DNA from: an uncultured Gammaproteobacteria bacterium
GTDB taxonomy: Bacteria > Pseudomonadota > Gammaproteobacteria > JAURND01
Assembly: GCA_963714975.1 (NCBI GenBank)
Contig: CAVQQD010000002.1
Coordinates: forward strand, 832,001 to 896,000
Reading direction: 5' to 3'
DNA length: 64,000 nt
This document shows, in pieces, positions 41,189-50,343 of the stretch; within the stretch, counting starts at the first letter, position 1; the number at the start of each line of letters is the position of its first letter. A program made the translations under genes and the position numbers. A model generated the notes under the pieces. The model saw only the letters and a list, made by a program, of their open reading frames with translations, was not told where the DNA came from and did no database searches.

Positions 41189-41701
41189 ATGGCAACTAAA
41201 CATAGAGTTACTAAAAGGAGAATATCAAATCCTTTTACCGCTCAGGTTAATTCCATTCAATCCTGCATCGATCAAGACTTGGATAAGATAACCAAATGCT
41301 ATCCAAAACTGTTGATTGATGTGGATAAGGCAATTAAAACTGTCACATTTGCACTAAAAAAAACCAAAAGCAAACCAGCTGGGCGTGGAAAAACAAAGGC
41401 TGGAAAGATGCTTCCTGGTAAACTCAAATCTACTGCTTCTATAGCTTCAGCTTCTACAGCTTTAGAAAAGCAATTACGCAGCTTGCGATCTGAAAAGCTT
41501 GGGATACAAGCTTCTTATAAGAAGCTCTTAGGCCAGAAAAAAGTGTTAAAGCAGTTTGAAAACACCTGTACAAAGCAACTGAGAAGCATCAATAACTCTG
41601 CAAGGGCTTCTAACTCAAGCAAGTTCAGGGGTATCAGACCAGTAGCTTCTTCTGCTTTTCTGGGAAGACAACATCATAACGTTTGGAGTAGCTTGCAATA
41701 A
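41189..41701 (+). CDS. Hypothetical very basic (Lys/Arg-rich) coiled-coil protein
   Basis: 170-aa ORF with SD GGGAG, followed by a strong hairpin. Confidence 0.65.
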   Translation: MATKHRVTKRRISNPFTAQVNSIQSCIDQDLDKITKCYPKLLIDVDKAIKTVTFALKKTKSKPAGRGKTKAGKMLPGKLKSTASIASASTALEKQLRSLRSEKLGIQASYKKLLGQKKVLKQFENTCTKQLRSINNSARASNSSKFRGIRPVASSAFLGRQHHNVWSSLQ

Positions 41702-41719
41702 AGCTGGAGAACTGGTTTG

Positions 41720-41756
41720 ACAGTTCCCGCAAGGCATTTGCGGGAACTGTTTCTTT
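41720..41756 (+). terminator. Intrinsic terminator
   Basis: Perfect 13-bp stem ACAGTTCCCGCAA/TTGCGGGAACTGT followed by TTCTTT. Confidence 0.7.
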
Positions 41757-41767
41757 CGGAGAAGTTT

Positions 41768-41926
41768 ATGTTTGGTGAAAAGGATTTTGAATTGGCTTAC
41801 CAATATTTACAAAATCATCATTATAGTAAAGCATTACCTTTCCTATATGAGGCAGCTCAACAAGGGCACCCTCTCGCTTATGTATGGATAGAAAATATTT
41901 ATATCCGTAATAACTTTGATGCTTAA
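41768..41926 (+). CDS. Single Sel1-like repeat microprotein (copy 1)
   Basis: KA...L.EAAQQGHPLA motif, SD GGAG, paralogue at 44959. Confidence 0.65.
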   Translation: MFGEKDFELAYQYLQNHHYSKALPFLYEAAQQGHPLAYVWIENIYIRNNFDA

Positions 41927-41949
41927 AGACGTGGACGCTCCGCTCCGTC

Positions 41950-44565
41950 TTAGGCAGAGTTGCGGCTTGCGTTTGTATTAGCTGCAAGAGCTTTTAAGAT
42001 CATTTTTTTGTAAGCCGATCGTAATTTAGCTTTGCCAGTTATTTCTTTATATCTCACCATGGCATATTGTTGTATGATGAGCAATGGTAAAACTATTTCT
42101 TCTCGCAATTTTATCGACTCTCGGTTCAAGTCATCATATTCAAGCAATTTAGTCTGTTTTGCAATTAAAAGAATTAATTTTTCAGTTAATTTAGATTCTT
42201 TAGCTAATTTTTTCCAGAATGGACCAAATTTCGTGTCTTTTTTCATATAGTCGGTTAAAGGGAAAAAAGTTTTAGACAAACTCATCATGGTGTTTTCTAC
42301 CAAAGTTTTAAAAAAAAGCGAATTGTTATATAAGTGTATTAATTTTTTTTCATCTGTCTTGATTAATTTACTCAATGCCCAGCCAAATCCATAATATCCC
42401 GGAACATTTTGCTTTATCTGGTTCCAAGAACCGACAAATGGAATGGCTCGTAAATCGGAAAATTTTAATGTACTAGAATGATGCCTGGTTGTAGGTCTGC
42501 TACCTATATTTAATTCTCCATAAAATCGTAGTGGTGTCATTTCTTCGAGATAGGGAACAAATAGTTTATTATTTTTTAGTAAACTATAATGCTTTTGGCT
42601 TTCTTGCGATAATTTTTCCATTAATGAACAATCGGTTTTTGAAAAATCACTGATTTCATTAACTAGGACTAGGTCTTCTAATCCGGCAGTCAATAATTGT
42701 TCTAAATTGTATTTAGCAGTTACTTCATTGCCAAAATTAACGCTAATGGTCTGTCCTTGTACCGTTAACTGCAGGTTATGATGTTCTATTTTACTTCCTA
42801 ATGATCGATAAAATAAGTGGGTATTTCCTCCGCCACGCGCAGGGGGACCTCCACGCCCATCGAAAAAAATTGTTTTAATTCCGTATTGTTTAGCAAGTGC
42901 CGTTAAACGTAATTTAGCCTTATAAATCGACCAATTGGCTGCCACATAACCACCATCCTTAGTACCATCGGAAAATCCCAGCATAATAGTTTGAGTGTTA
43001 TCTCTTAATTTTAAATGTCTCCTGTAAAAATGACATTCATATAAGATATGCATTATTTTTTCTGAATTTTCTATGTCATTTATTTCCTCAAAAAGTGGAA
43101 TAATATCTACTGGAATGATTTGAGGAAAATGCCCTGTAAGCTGCAGCATCGTAAATAATTCCAAAACATCCATGGCTGAAGACGTATGACTTATAACGTA
43201 TCGACATAGACCATCTTCTCCGTTGCTTTCTTGGATTTTTTTTATTGCTTGTATTGTTTTTACTGTCCTCATCACTACATTTTGTTGACGTTTTTTTGCG
43301 GGATATTTTATTTTTTTCCTTATTATTGACGATAAGATATTTATTTTTTCTTTTTTTGTTGAGTAATCGTATTGATTTAGTTTAAGGTTTATTTTTTTGT
43401 TTTTTATGAGATCGAATAAAATTTTTTTAAAAATTTTACGATGTACCTCAGAATTTTCGCGTAAATCAATTTTGGCAAAATAAAAATGAAAACAATTAAC
43501 TTTAATAATGAGTTCTTCAATATTTTCTATAAAGAGTGAATTGTGGTTTTTTATTAATATAGATTTAATTACGTTAAGATCGCGTAATAATTCACTTGAT
43601 TTGTAATAGATGCTAGAATTTATATCTATAGTTTCTATTACTTGTGATCTTAGATGGGTTTTTTCTAGTTTATGTTTTATTTTTTCTAGTTTTGTTAATA
43701 TACCCTTAAACGTTAGTTTTTTAATTAAATAATCTATATCCAATAAGTACATCTGCAATATTCTGGTCTTAAGCAATCTCGCAACCTCAAGAGTGGTGTC
43801 AGGGGTTACATTGGGATTTCCATCCCGATCGCCTCCTGGCCAAAATCCAAGTTGAATACAATTTAAGTTCAGCTCACCAGAACCTCCAAACTTCTTTATA
43901 GCCAGGGTAATTTTTTGTTGTATTTGTGGAATCACTGGATAAAACACATTTTCTAAAAACCAAACTAGGCTTTCAGCTTCTTGATAAGGCGTTGGTTTTT
44001 TTTGATGCTTGAATGAGGTTTTGCCCATTTGCAACAATAAATTGCTGATTTCTTTTAAATCATTTTTTTGCAACGCAAAATTTAATTGAGCAAGAATTCC
44101 TAATATCGTATCTGGATAAAATTGGGTAGGATGTGCAGTTAAAACAACTCGTACTTGATATTGTTTAATTTGTTCTATGAATTTTCGTTGTTTATTTTTA
44201 TCATCAATTTTTGTTAATAAATTTTCTAAAGATCCATTTCCTGTTAAGTCATGGGTGCTAGAAAAAGCAGCGTCTTCTAAGGCATCGAATAAAACAATTT
44301 GTCGCTCTATAAACTGTAATATTTGAAATAAAATGTTGATTATTTTTTTCTCATCGTCATAAATGCCTTGAGCCTTGAAAAATTGGTCTATAATTTGTCC
44401 TGGGGATTTTTTATTTTTTATTTGTGAATTACAAAATCGAGAAAAAATTGCTAAAAGGGTTCCAATAGTTTGGGTTTCTCCGAAGGGTAGGGCCAAAAAC
44501 AACCCATTGTAAAGATTGTATTTTAGTACTACTTCTTCATTAAATTTGCGTAATTGATCATTCAT
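41950..44565 (-). CDS. ppc: Phosphoenolpyruvate carboxylase
   Basis: VLTAHPTQ, GFWPGGDRDGNPNV, IMLGFSDGTKDGG, FFDGRGGPPARGGG and LRAIPFV motifs; C-terminus RNSA. Confidence 0.96.
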   Translation of the reverse strand: MNDQLRKFNEEVVLKYNLYNGLFLALPFGETQTIGTLLAIFSRFCNSQIKNKKSPGQIIDQFFKAQGIYDDEKKIINILFQILQFIERQIVLFDALEDAAFSSTHDLTGNGSLENLLTKIDDKNKQRKFIEQIKQYQVRVVLTAHPTQFYPDTILGILAQLNFALQKNDLKEISNLLLQMGKTSFKHQKKPTPYQEAESLVWFLENVFYPVIPQIQQKITLAIKKFGGSGELNLNCIQLGFWPGGDRDGNPNVTPDTTLEVARLLKTRILQMYLLDIDYLIKKLTFKGILTKLEKIKHKLEKTHLRSQVIETIDINSSIYYKSSELLRDLNVIKSILIKNHNSLFIENIEELIIKVNCFHFYFAKIDLRENSEVHRKIFKKILFDLIKNKKINLKLNQYDYSTKKEKINILSSIIRKKIKYPAKKRQQNVVMRTVKTIQAIKKIQESNGEDGLCRYVISHTSSAMDVLELFTMLQLTGHFPQIIPVDIIPLFEEINDIENSEKIMHILYECHFYRRHLKLRDNTQTIMLGFSDGTKDGGYVAANWSIYKAKLRLTALAKQYGIKTIFFDGRGGPPARGGGNTHLFYRSLGSKIEHHNLQLTVQGQTISVNFGNEVTAKYNLEQLLTAGLEDLVLVNEISDFSKTDCSLMEKLSQESQKHYSLLKNNKLFVPYLEEMTPLRFYGELNIGSRPTTRHHSSTLKFSDLRAIPFVGSWNQIKQNVPGYYGFGWALSKLIKTDEKKLIHLYNNSLFFKTLVENTMMSLSKTFFPLTDYMKKDTKFGPFWKKLAKESKLTEKLILLIAKQTKLLEYDDLNRESIKLREEIVLPLLIIQQYAMVRYKEITGKAKLRSAYKKMILKALAANTNASRNSA

Positions 44566-44958
44566 TTTACTTCCTTATAGGCCAAAAATCCTGTCTTTTG
44601 GCTATTTTCCTACATTGTTATTAGCTGAATGATTGCTCTTAATGCTTTTAATTTGTGTTTTAATTACCTTGTAACTAAATGATAGTTAAACAACATACTT
44701 ATAGCAAGAGAGGATACGGTGATGACGCTAAATTTTACATGTAGTTTATGCAACTTTTCAATTATTGATTACCCCAGCCATTTTACTGCTTTATCCAAAT
44801 TTCAAATACGACTTGAAATTTAAAACACAAGGAAGTCTCACAGCTAACATGAGGTTAAAGTCAATACTAGGTATTGCCTGAGATTTCGTGGCAGCTCATT
44901 AATAAACCATGGGAATTAAGAATAACATAAGGGTACCAGCGCTATATCGGAGGTCTTT

Positions 44959-45174
44959 ATGTATGGTTCAGATCATTTTGAAATCGCATATAAATTTTTA
45001 TCCAAACAGTATTATCATAAGGCTATACCTTATTTGTTTGAAGCAGCTCAAGAAGGGCACCCGCTAGCACATATGTGGATAGAAAATATTTATTCCCATG
45101 GCCTTGATGCACAGCAGCCTGCAAGGCACAATAGACCCTATCTTTTTAATAGGGCCATTTTGCCAATTTTATAG
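44959..45174 (+). CDS. Single Sel1-like repeat microprotein (copy 2)
   Basis: 27 of the first 45 aa identical to copy 1. SD GGAGG. Confidence 0.68.
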   Translation: MYGSDHFEIAYKFLSKQYYHKAIPYLFEAAQEGHPLAHMWIENIYSHGLDAQQPARHNRPYLFNRAILPIL

Positions 45175-45212
45175 GGTCCCTGGCTTGCGCGTCCCCCTCG
45201 GTAGGAGTCTCT

Positions 45213-45254
45213 CTCGTGTTCTCCGGCAGGATGCCGGGATCCACGGGAACGACG
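45213..45254. repeat. Degenerate family C palindrome
   Basis: tcgtgttctccggcaggatgccgggatccacgggaacgacg resembles the copies at 47113 and 55070. Confidence 0.45.
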
Positions 45255-45346
45255 GCCTTAGAGGTGTGGGCATCAGATGTTATTTAACACTTATATTTCC
45301 GATAATTTTTCTTATCGGAAATATTGCATATGAATGTGGCAAGGCA

Positions 45347-46003
45347 ATGGAAAAAATTTCTGTACAACAATTTCATGAAATTACTAAAGATACAATTTTT
45401 TTAAAAGGTAATCATCTCAAACCTAAAGTATTATTTAAAACCTCTACGCAAGAAATCATTAAGCTAATTCGCAAATCCAAAAAATTTTATTCACTTTCAC
45501 ATATCTGGTCTTATGCGAAACGCTTTGAGTCTGGGAGTAAACGCATTAATGCTTTGGGAATTCCTGCATTAAAGTGGAAATACAGTTATTATTATCCAAC
45601 AGGTAAATGTCATGTTGTAATTTATGATTTTTTGGAAGGCATTGACTTACATTCACTGACCCAAGCTAAAACTCCTGTACATTGTAGTAAGGTGCTTGAA
45701 TTAATACAGCGTTTACATCAAGCGGGTGTTTATTTTCGTGATTTTCATTTAGGTAATGTGCTATTGCGAGAAAATCAACAATTAGCACTCATTGATGTTG
45801 CCTCCATGAGCTTTCAAAAATCATCGTTAACTCCCAAGCAACGTGCTAGAAATTTCACACATTGGTTCAATCGCAATGAAGACCAAACTTATTTTAAGTA
45901 TTTTAATCCAGCAGTAATTATTCAAACTTATTTAAATTTTTCTGATTTAACTCCACATCAACGCGATAAATTTTGCAGTTATTTCAATCTTTACAGAATT
46001 TAA
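45347..46003 (+). CDS. Kdo/WaaP-family (LPS) kinase-like protein
   Basis: IIKL.R.....S, LHQAGVYFRDFHLGNVL and LIDV motifs. Confidence 0.75.
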   Translation: MEKISVQQFHEITKDTIFLKGNHLKPKVLFKTSTQEIIKLIRKSKKFYSLSHIWSYAKRFESGSKRINALGIPALKWKYSYYYPTGKCHVVIYDFLEGIDLHSLTQAKTPVHCSKVLELIQRLHQAGVYFRDFHLGNVLLRENQQLALIDVASMSFQKSSLTPKQRARNFTHWFNRNEDQTYFKYFNPAVIIQTYLNFSDLTPHQRDKFCSYFNLYRI

Positions 46004-46137
46004 AATACCCCTTTTAAATATTATCTCTCCCCTACTTTAGATTTGCTAAATTGTTTTTCAGTAATTTTGATCTATCTTTAATAAATATAATAACTATTTA
46101 TAAGGATGTATTTTAAAAACAAGGGAGGGAATTTATT

Positions 46138-46599
46138 ATGAAAATAATAAAAGCTATTATTATTGTATGTATTACGTTAATTTCTTTGTTAATTTTTGAT
46201 GTAAATGCTTATGCAGATAAAAAATTTGTTTTTGATCCGAAACGAACTAGTTGGTATGCCTATGAAGATGGTCAGTTAATAGCCAGTGGAAATGCATCAG
46301 GTGGTGCTAATTATTGTCCAGATCGCCATCGTCCCTGTCATACACCCACCGGTTTTTTTCATGTTATTAGCAAAGGTGGAGCAAACTGTAAATCAAATAT
46401 TTACCCACTTCCCCATGGAGGGGCACCAATGCCCTTCTGCATGTTTTTTAGTAAAAATTATGCAATTCATGGCGCTGCTAGTGTTCCTCAGGGTCGTAAT
46501 GCCAGTCACGGCTGTATACGAGTTCGTCCCAGTGCGGCAATTTGGTTAAGTAAAAACTTTATAGATATTGGAACTACAGTGATAGTGAAATCATATTAA
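46138..46599 (+). CDS. L,D-transpeptidase (YkuD), EnhA-like
   Basis: Signal peptide, SGGA.YCPD....C.TP.G, GGAPMP.CMFF...YAIHG and ASHGCIRV motifs. Confidence 0.9.
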   Translation: MKIIKAIIIVCITLISLLIFDVNAYADKKFVFDPKRTSWYAYEDGQLIASGNASGGANYCPDRHRPCHTPTGFFHVISKGGANCKSNIYPLPHGGAPMPFCMFFSKNYAIHGAASVPQGRNASHGCIRVRPSAAIWLSKNFIDIGTTVIVKSY

Positions 46600-46603
46600 T
46601 AAG

Positions 46604-46632
46604 TTAGCCCCCCCAACCCAAAGGGGGGGTAA
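46604..46632. terminator. Bidirectional terminator-like hairpin
   Basis: C7/G7 stem between convergent genes. Confidence 0.55.
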
Positions 46633-46652
46633 ACGTTCTGGTTTTTCTACAC

Positions 46653-46991
46653 TTAGTAATAAGTGTAGAAATAAGAAGGATAAGTGTAATAATAATAGGT
46701 ATGATAGTGATCGCCTTCATAAATGAAGTACCTATGATAATAATTATATACTTGTCCTTTATAGCAAAAGCCGTTATCTAAATAGACTTTATATGGATAT
46801 GAATAAGTTATGTAATCTACTACCAAAAAACAGCGGTTTGGGTCACATACTTTTTTACAATGGAATGGATTAGTCCCAGTCCGAGCCCAGGCCAAAGCTG
46901 AGGAAGAGTACATAAAAAGCATTGCTCCCGCTAGCACTGAACTCAAAACTACATTCTTCACTACCGTTGTGCTAAGACTATTTATTTTCAT
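46653..46991 (-). CDS. Secreted tyrosine-rich hypothetical protein
   Basis: SD AGGAG, signal peptide ending ALA, 4 Cys, 21 Tyr in the last ~55 aa. Confidence 0.7.
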   Translation of the reverse strand: MKINSLSTTVVKNVVLSSVLAGAMLFMYSSSALAWARTGTNPFHCKKVCDPNRCFLVVDYITYSYPYKVYLDNGFCYKGQVYNYYHRYFIYEGDHYHTYYYYTYPSYFYTYY

Positions 46992-47112
46992 GTCTTTTCT
47001 CCTTTTTACAGTTTTTTACACCTTCTACCTTAACTATAGATTGACGCCTCAATTAAGCAATAACATATTTCTACATTAATTACTAAAAAAATATTGAAAA
47101 AAATAATTTTAA

Positions 47113-47175
47113 ATCCCTGCTTCCGCAGGGACGACGTGTGCTTCCACAGGGACGGACGTGTGCTTTCTCAGGGAC
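47113..47175. repeat. Family C half-element with 3 tandem end copies
   Basis: tgcttccgcagggacgacgtg / tgcttccacagggacggacgtg / tgctttctcagggac. Confidence 0.75.
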
Positions 47176-47217
47176 AAAACACGAAACACTGCTAAGCTTG
47201 CAATAAGGAGAAAAATC

Positions 47218-47754
47218 ATGGAGATAGACCTGGATAATCAACTACATTTGTCTCAGTTTATGTATAATTATACAACAAGATTACTCAATCCTTGTTATGT
47301 GAGACAAATTTTGTTAGCAGAAATGGGGAGAGCTAGCCGAGAAGAACATCCAATTGCTATTATTTTAATGGAATTGGATAACTTTAATCCGGTCTTGGCG
47401 AGTTGTGCTAAAGACATACAAATTAGCATTCTGAAAAACATTACAACCATTTTGGCTTTAAATTTCCGTAATTACGACCATATTTTCTACTGTAATCAAG
47501 CTAAATTTTTCATTATCATGCCTAGCATAAACAAGACCTTTGCTGAATCGAAAGCAGAATTATTACGAAACCTTATTAAAAAATCACTCGGAGGTCAGAA
47601 AAATTTTCCAACTCTTACTGCTTCCTTTGGAGTCGCCATGTTTCCGCAACATGGCGCAGACATAGAACATTTACTAACCTCTGTAGAGCAGGCTCTGGAT
47701 CAGGCAAAAAAAGGAGGAGGCGACATGGTGATTGTCGCCACTCATAAAAATTAG
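47218..47754 (+). CDS. Degenerate GGDEF-domain protein (I-site RxxD intact)
   Basis: T.L.N, I..ELDNF, R-N-Y-D then NQAKF in place of GGDEF, T.SFGVA.FP.HG and AL.QAK..G motifs. Confidence 0.8.
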   Translation: MEIDLDNQLHLSQFMYNYTTRLLNPCYVRQILLAEMGRASREEHPIAIILMELDNFNPVLASCAKDIQISILKNITTILALNFRNYDHIFYCNQAKFFIIMPSINKTFAESKAELLRNLIKKSLGGQKNFPTLTASFGVAMFPQHGADIEHLLTSVEQALDQAKKGGGDMVIVATHKN

Positions 47755-47760
47755 AGGAAT

Positions 47761-48309
47761 TTATCGATGAGTTCTGGTCATTGCTTTAGCCGCTATTGCA
47801 AGAGTAATAAAAGTCCATCCAGTAATTATTAAATCTATGCCTACGAATAAGCCAATAATAAATAAACTAGCAGCCGGCCAGTTCATTAAAATTAAAATGC
47901 CAAGTAATAAAGCAACTAATCCTCCAAAAAATCTCCATCCCCAATTAGGTAATCGAAAAGATATCGCTGTTAATGCACGAAACAGCCCTAAAATAATATA
48001 AAAAATAGCTAACAATAAAGTAATGGATGTGGCTGCAGCTATCGGATTTATTATTAGAAAAATACCCGCTATCGCGTATAAAATTGCCATAATTAAATGT
48101 AAAATAAATACTGAAATTTTTTGCCAATAATGAAAACTATCAATAAAAATTATTACCCCACCTATACAAAGTAAAATTCCTAAAAAAACTACTGAAACAA
48201 TGGTGGTAAACGACACTACGCTAAGCGCTATTAATCCCAAAATAACCAAGATAATTCCGTAAGCTAACAGCAATCCCCAATTCTTTCTTGATGAAATTGC
48301 TTGATCCAT
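47761..48309 (-). CDS. hdeD: HdeD family membrane protein
   Basis: Six TM segments, NP......TLLL, W.W....G and WP......IGLFVGIDL motifs. Confidence 0.85.
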   Translation of the reverse strand: MDQAISSRKNWGLLLAYGIILVILGLIALSVVSFTTIVSVVFLGILLCIGGVIIFIDSFHYWQKISVFILHLIMAILYAIAGIFLIINPIAAATSITLLLAIFYIILGLFRALTAISFRLPNWGWRFFGGLVALLLGILILMNWPAASLFIIGLFVGIDLIITGWTFITLAIAAKAMTRTHR

Positions 48310-48318
48310 AATATTCTC

Positions 48319-49707
48319 CTAACGGTTGTGAATTAAAAAATCTGAGGAAAAAAATTGAAATTGATTTCTTCCTGCATCCTTTGCTGCGTACATTGCTAAG
48401 TCGGCTTTTTTTAAAAGAGTTACAGCATCACTTCCATCCTGTGGATAGGTGGCAATACCAATACTGGCCGTAATATAGAGCTTGTGAACATCAATGTTCA
48501 CCGAATTTTCAATAATTTTTAACATTTTTGTTGCTACGGATTCTGCTGCTTGGGGATAAGTAATTTCAGTGAGAATAATGACGAACTCATCTCCCCCCAA
48601 GCGAGCTACTGTATCTCCTCCTCGCACGATGTCAGTTAATCGTAAGGCTACATGTTTCAGTAATTGATCGCCAATATCGTGCCCCAAACGATCATTAATG
48701 AGTTTAAATTTATCGAGATCTAGGAACATCACTGCTAAAGATCTTTGATAGCGTTTGGCTTGATCTAAAGATTGTTTCAATCTATCTAACAGTAATTGTC
48801 GATTGGCAAGGTTTGTTAGGTGATCGTAGTAAGCTAGTTGATGAATTTTGCATTGGCTTTGCTTGCGCATACTAATATCTTGAAAAGCCACCACATATCC
48901 GACGATTTTAGTATCTCTCAATAGAGGAACCGAATGTATTTCTACAGGAAAAATATCCCCATTTTTATTGCGGAATAATTCATCATCACTATGGTAGGGA
49001 AAATTACTTCTGCTAGTTTTATTTAAATTACAGTGAGGATTAAAAGCTCCAATACCATTGGCGTGAGAATGGAATAAAGTATGAGCATTTTTATTAAAAA
49101 GTTCTTCCTGTGACCGGCCTAACAGCCGCGTTGCTTCAGGATTAGAGTAAATGATATAACCCTCATCATTGATAGCGTACACCCCCTCGCCTATAGCTGA
49201 TGCAATTTCTCTGAAGCGAAATTCACTATCACGAATTGTTTGATACAACTTTTTGCGACTAGCCAGTATTGCAGCCCAATAAAAAACTAAAATGCCCAAT
49301 AACAATAAACTTACGAAATAAATACCTAAGATGAATGTCCTATGAGCAAAATTCTCTGGAGGTAGCACGGTAATGGGTATTAAATGGTTAACAGGATTAC
49401 TGGTTAATGGGAGATTTAAAGAAGTAAAAGAAGAATAATATAAGCTAAAAAGATCCAAACTAGGTTGTATGGGGAGGGACTTTTGGACATCAAACACTTG
49501 CCCCAATTGAGAGGAATAAATATGAGCCAAGGCTTCGGATTGAAGTACATCAATTGCAAAAAGCGTATGAATTTTAAGTACGCTATAAAGAAGACAAGTT
49601 AGAATAATAGCAAATGGAATATAAAAAAGCAGGAATAATCTTACAATAGTACGCATATTGCCACCATTCCCTTGGTTATTATGTAAAGAATTAGATGAAG
49701 CTTCCAT
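48319..49707 (-). CDS. Membrane-bound PAS-GGDEF diguanylate cyclase
   Basis: Two TMs, PAS (N..A..LLG, R.NG..FPVE), YYD.LT.L.NR, DLDKFK.IND.LGH..GD and RLGGDEF. Confidence 0.93.
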   Translation of the reverse strand: MEASSNSLHNNQGNGGNMRTIVRLFLLFYIPFAIILTCLLYSVLKIHTLFAIDVLQSEALAHIYSSQLGQVFDVQKSLPIQPSLDLFSLYYSSFTSLNLPLTSNPVNHLIPITVLPPENFAHRTFILGIYFVSLLLLGILVFYWAAILASRKKLYQTIRDSEFRFREIASAIGEGVYAINDEGYIIYSNPEATRLLGRSQEELFNKNAHTLFHSHANGIGAFNPHCNLNKTSRSNFPYHSDDELFRNKNGDIFPVEIHSVPLLRDTKIVGYVVAFQDISMRKQSQCKIHQLAYYDHLTNLANRQLLLDRLKQSLDQAKRYQRSLAVMFLDLDKFKLINDRLGHDIGDQLLKHVALRLTDIVRGGDTVARLGGDEFVIILTEITYPQAAESVATKMLKIIENSVNIDVHKLYITASIGIATYPQDGSDAVTLLKKADLAMYAAKDAGRNQFQFFSSDFLIHNR

Positions 49708-49899
49708 TTAGTAAAAAAGTATAACAAGGCTTTGCCTCTCGAGCAAGCTGTGGAATAATAAAAAATAAATTAGACACTTTCCTTTGATTTATTTCTATCT
49801 GTGATAGACTTACTAATGAATCTATGGATTGGATTGTAAACAAATGCGATTATTTTATATATGTATTTATGAAAAACCAATGCAAAGGAGGGAAAAATT

Positions 49900-50262
49900 A
49901 TGACTATTCCATTTATCGATAAGCCTGTCTATATAATGCTGACCAATCCTCATGGTCAAAAATTTGAACCTACTCGATTTTCTATACAAAATGCGGTTTT
50001 CAAAAAAGATGGCCAATATGAAGTCACCTGTTTGGCTGCTCAAAGCGACGAACTGGACGAAGGAGCTGTGCGACAAGGAAAATACACTGTCAAAGAAAAT
50101 CAAAATGACCAAGTCATATTAGTATGTGACGAGGAAACAGGGCAATTCCCTGGTAAATACGAAATTACCTTCAACTTGTTAAATAATCAAGTAGGGCAAT
50201 TTCAATCTTCCTTCTTAAAGGACCGAACTCTTATTAATGGCGTTTTTGAAATATCGCGTTAG
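49900..50262 (+). CDS. Hypothetical protein (beta-rich)
   Basis: 120-aa ORF with SD AGGAGG, followed by a hairpin at 50281-50304. Confidence 0.65.
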   Translation: MTIPFIDKPVYIMLTNPHGQKFEPTRFSIQNAVFKKDGQYEVTCLAAQSDELDEGAVRQGKYTVKENQNDQVILVCDEETGQFPGKYEITFNLLNNQVGQFQSSFLKDRTLINGVFEISR

Positions 50263-50343
50263 TTAAGTTTTACCACGGTGAGGCTTCTGAAATTGTAGAA
50301 GCCTTATTGTGTTAGTTAGTTAGTTTGTTATAAGGGATTATGC

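Noticed and set aside
45098-45346. N-terminal extension of the kinase ORF
   Set aside because: Overlaps the Sel1 gene and a repeat; kinase-like sequence starts at ATG 45347.
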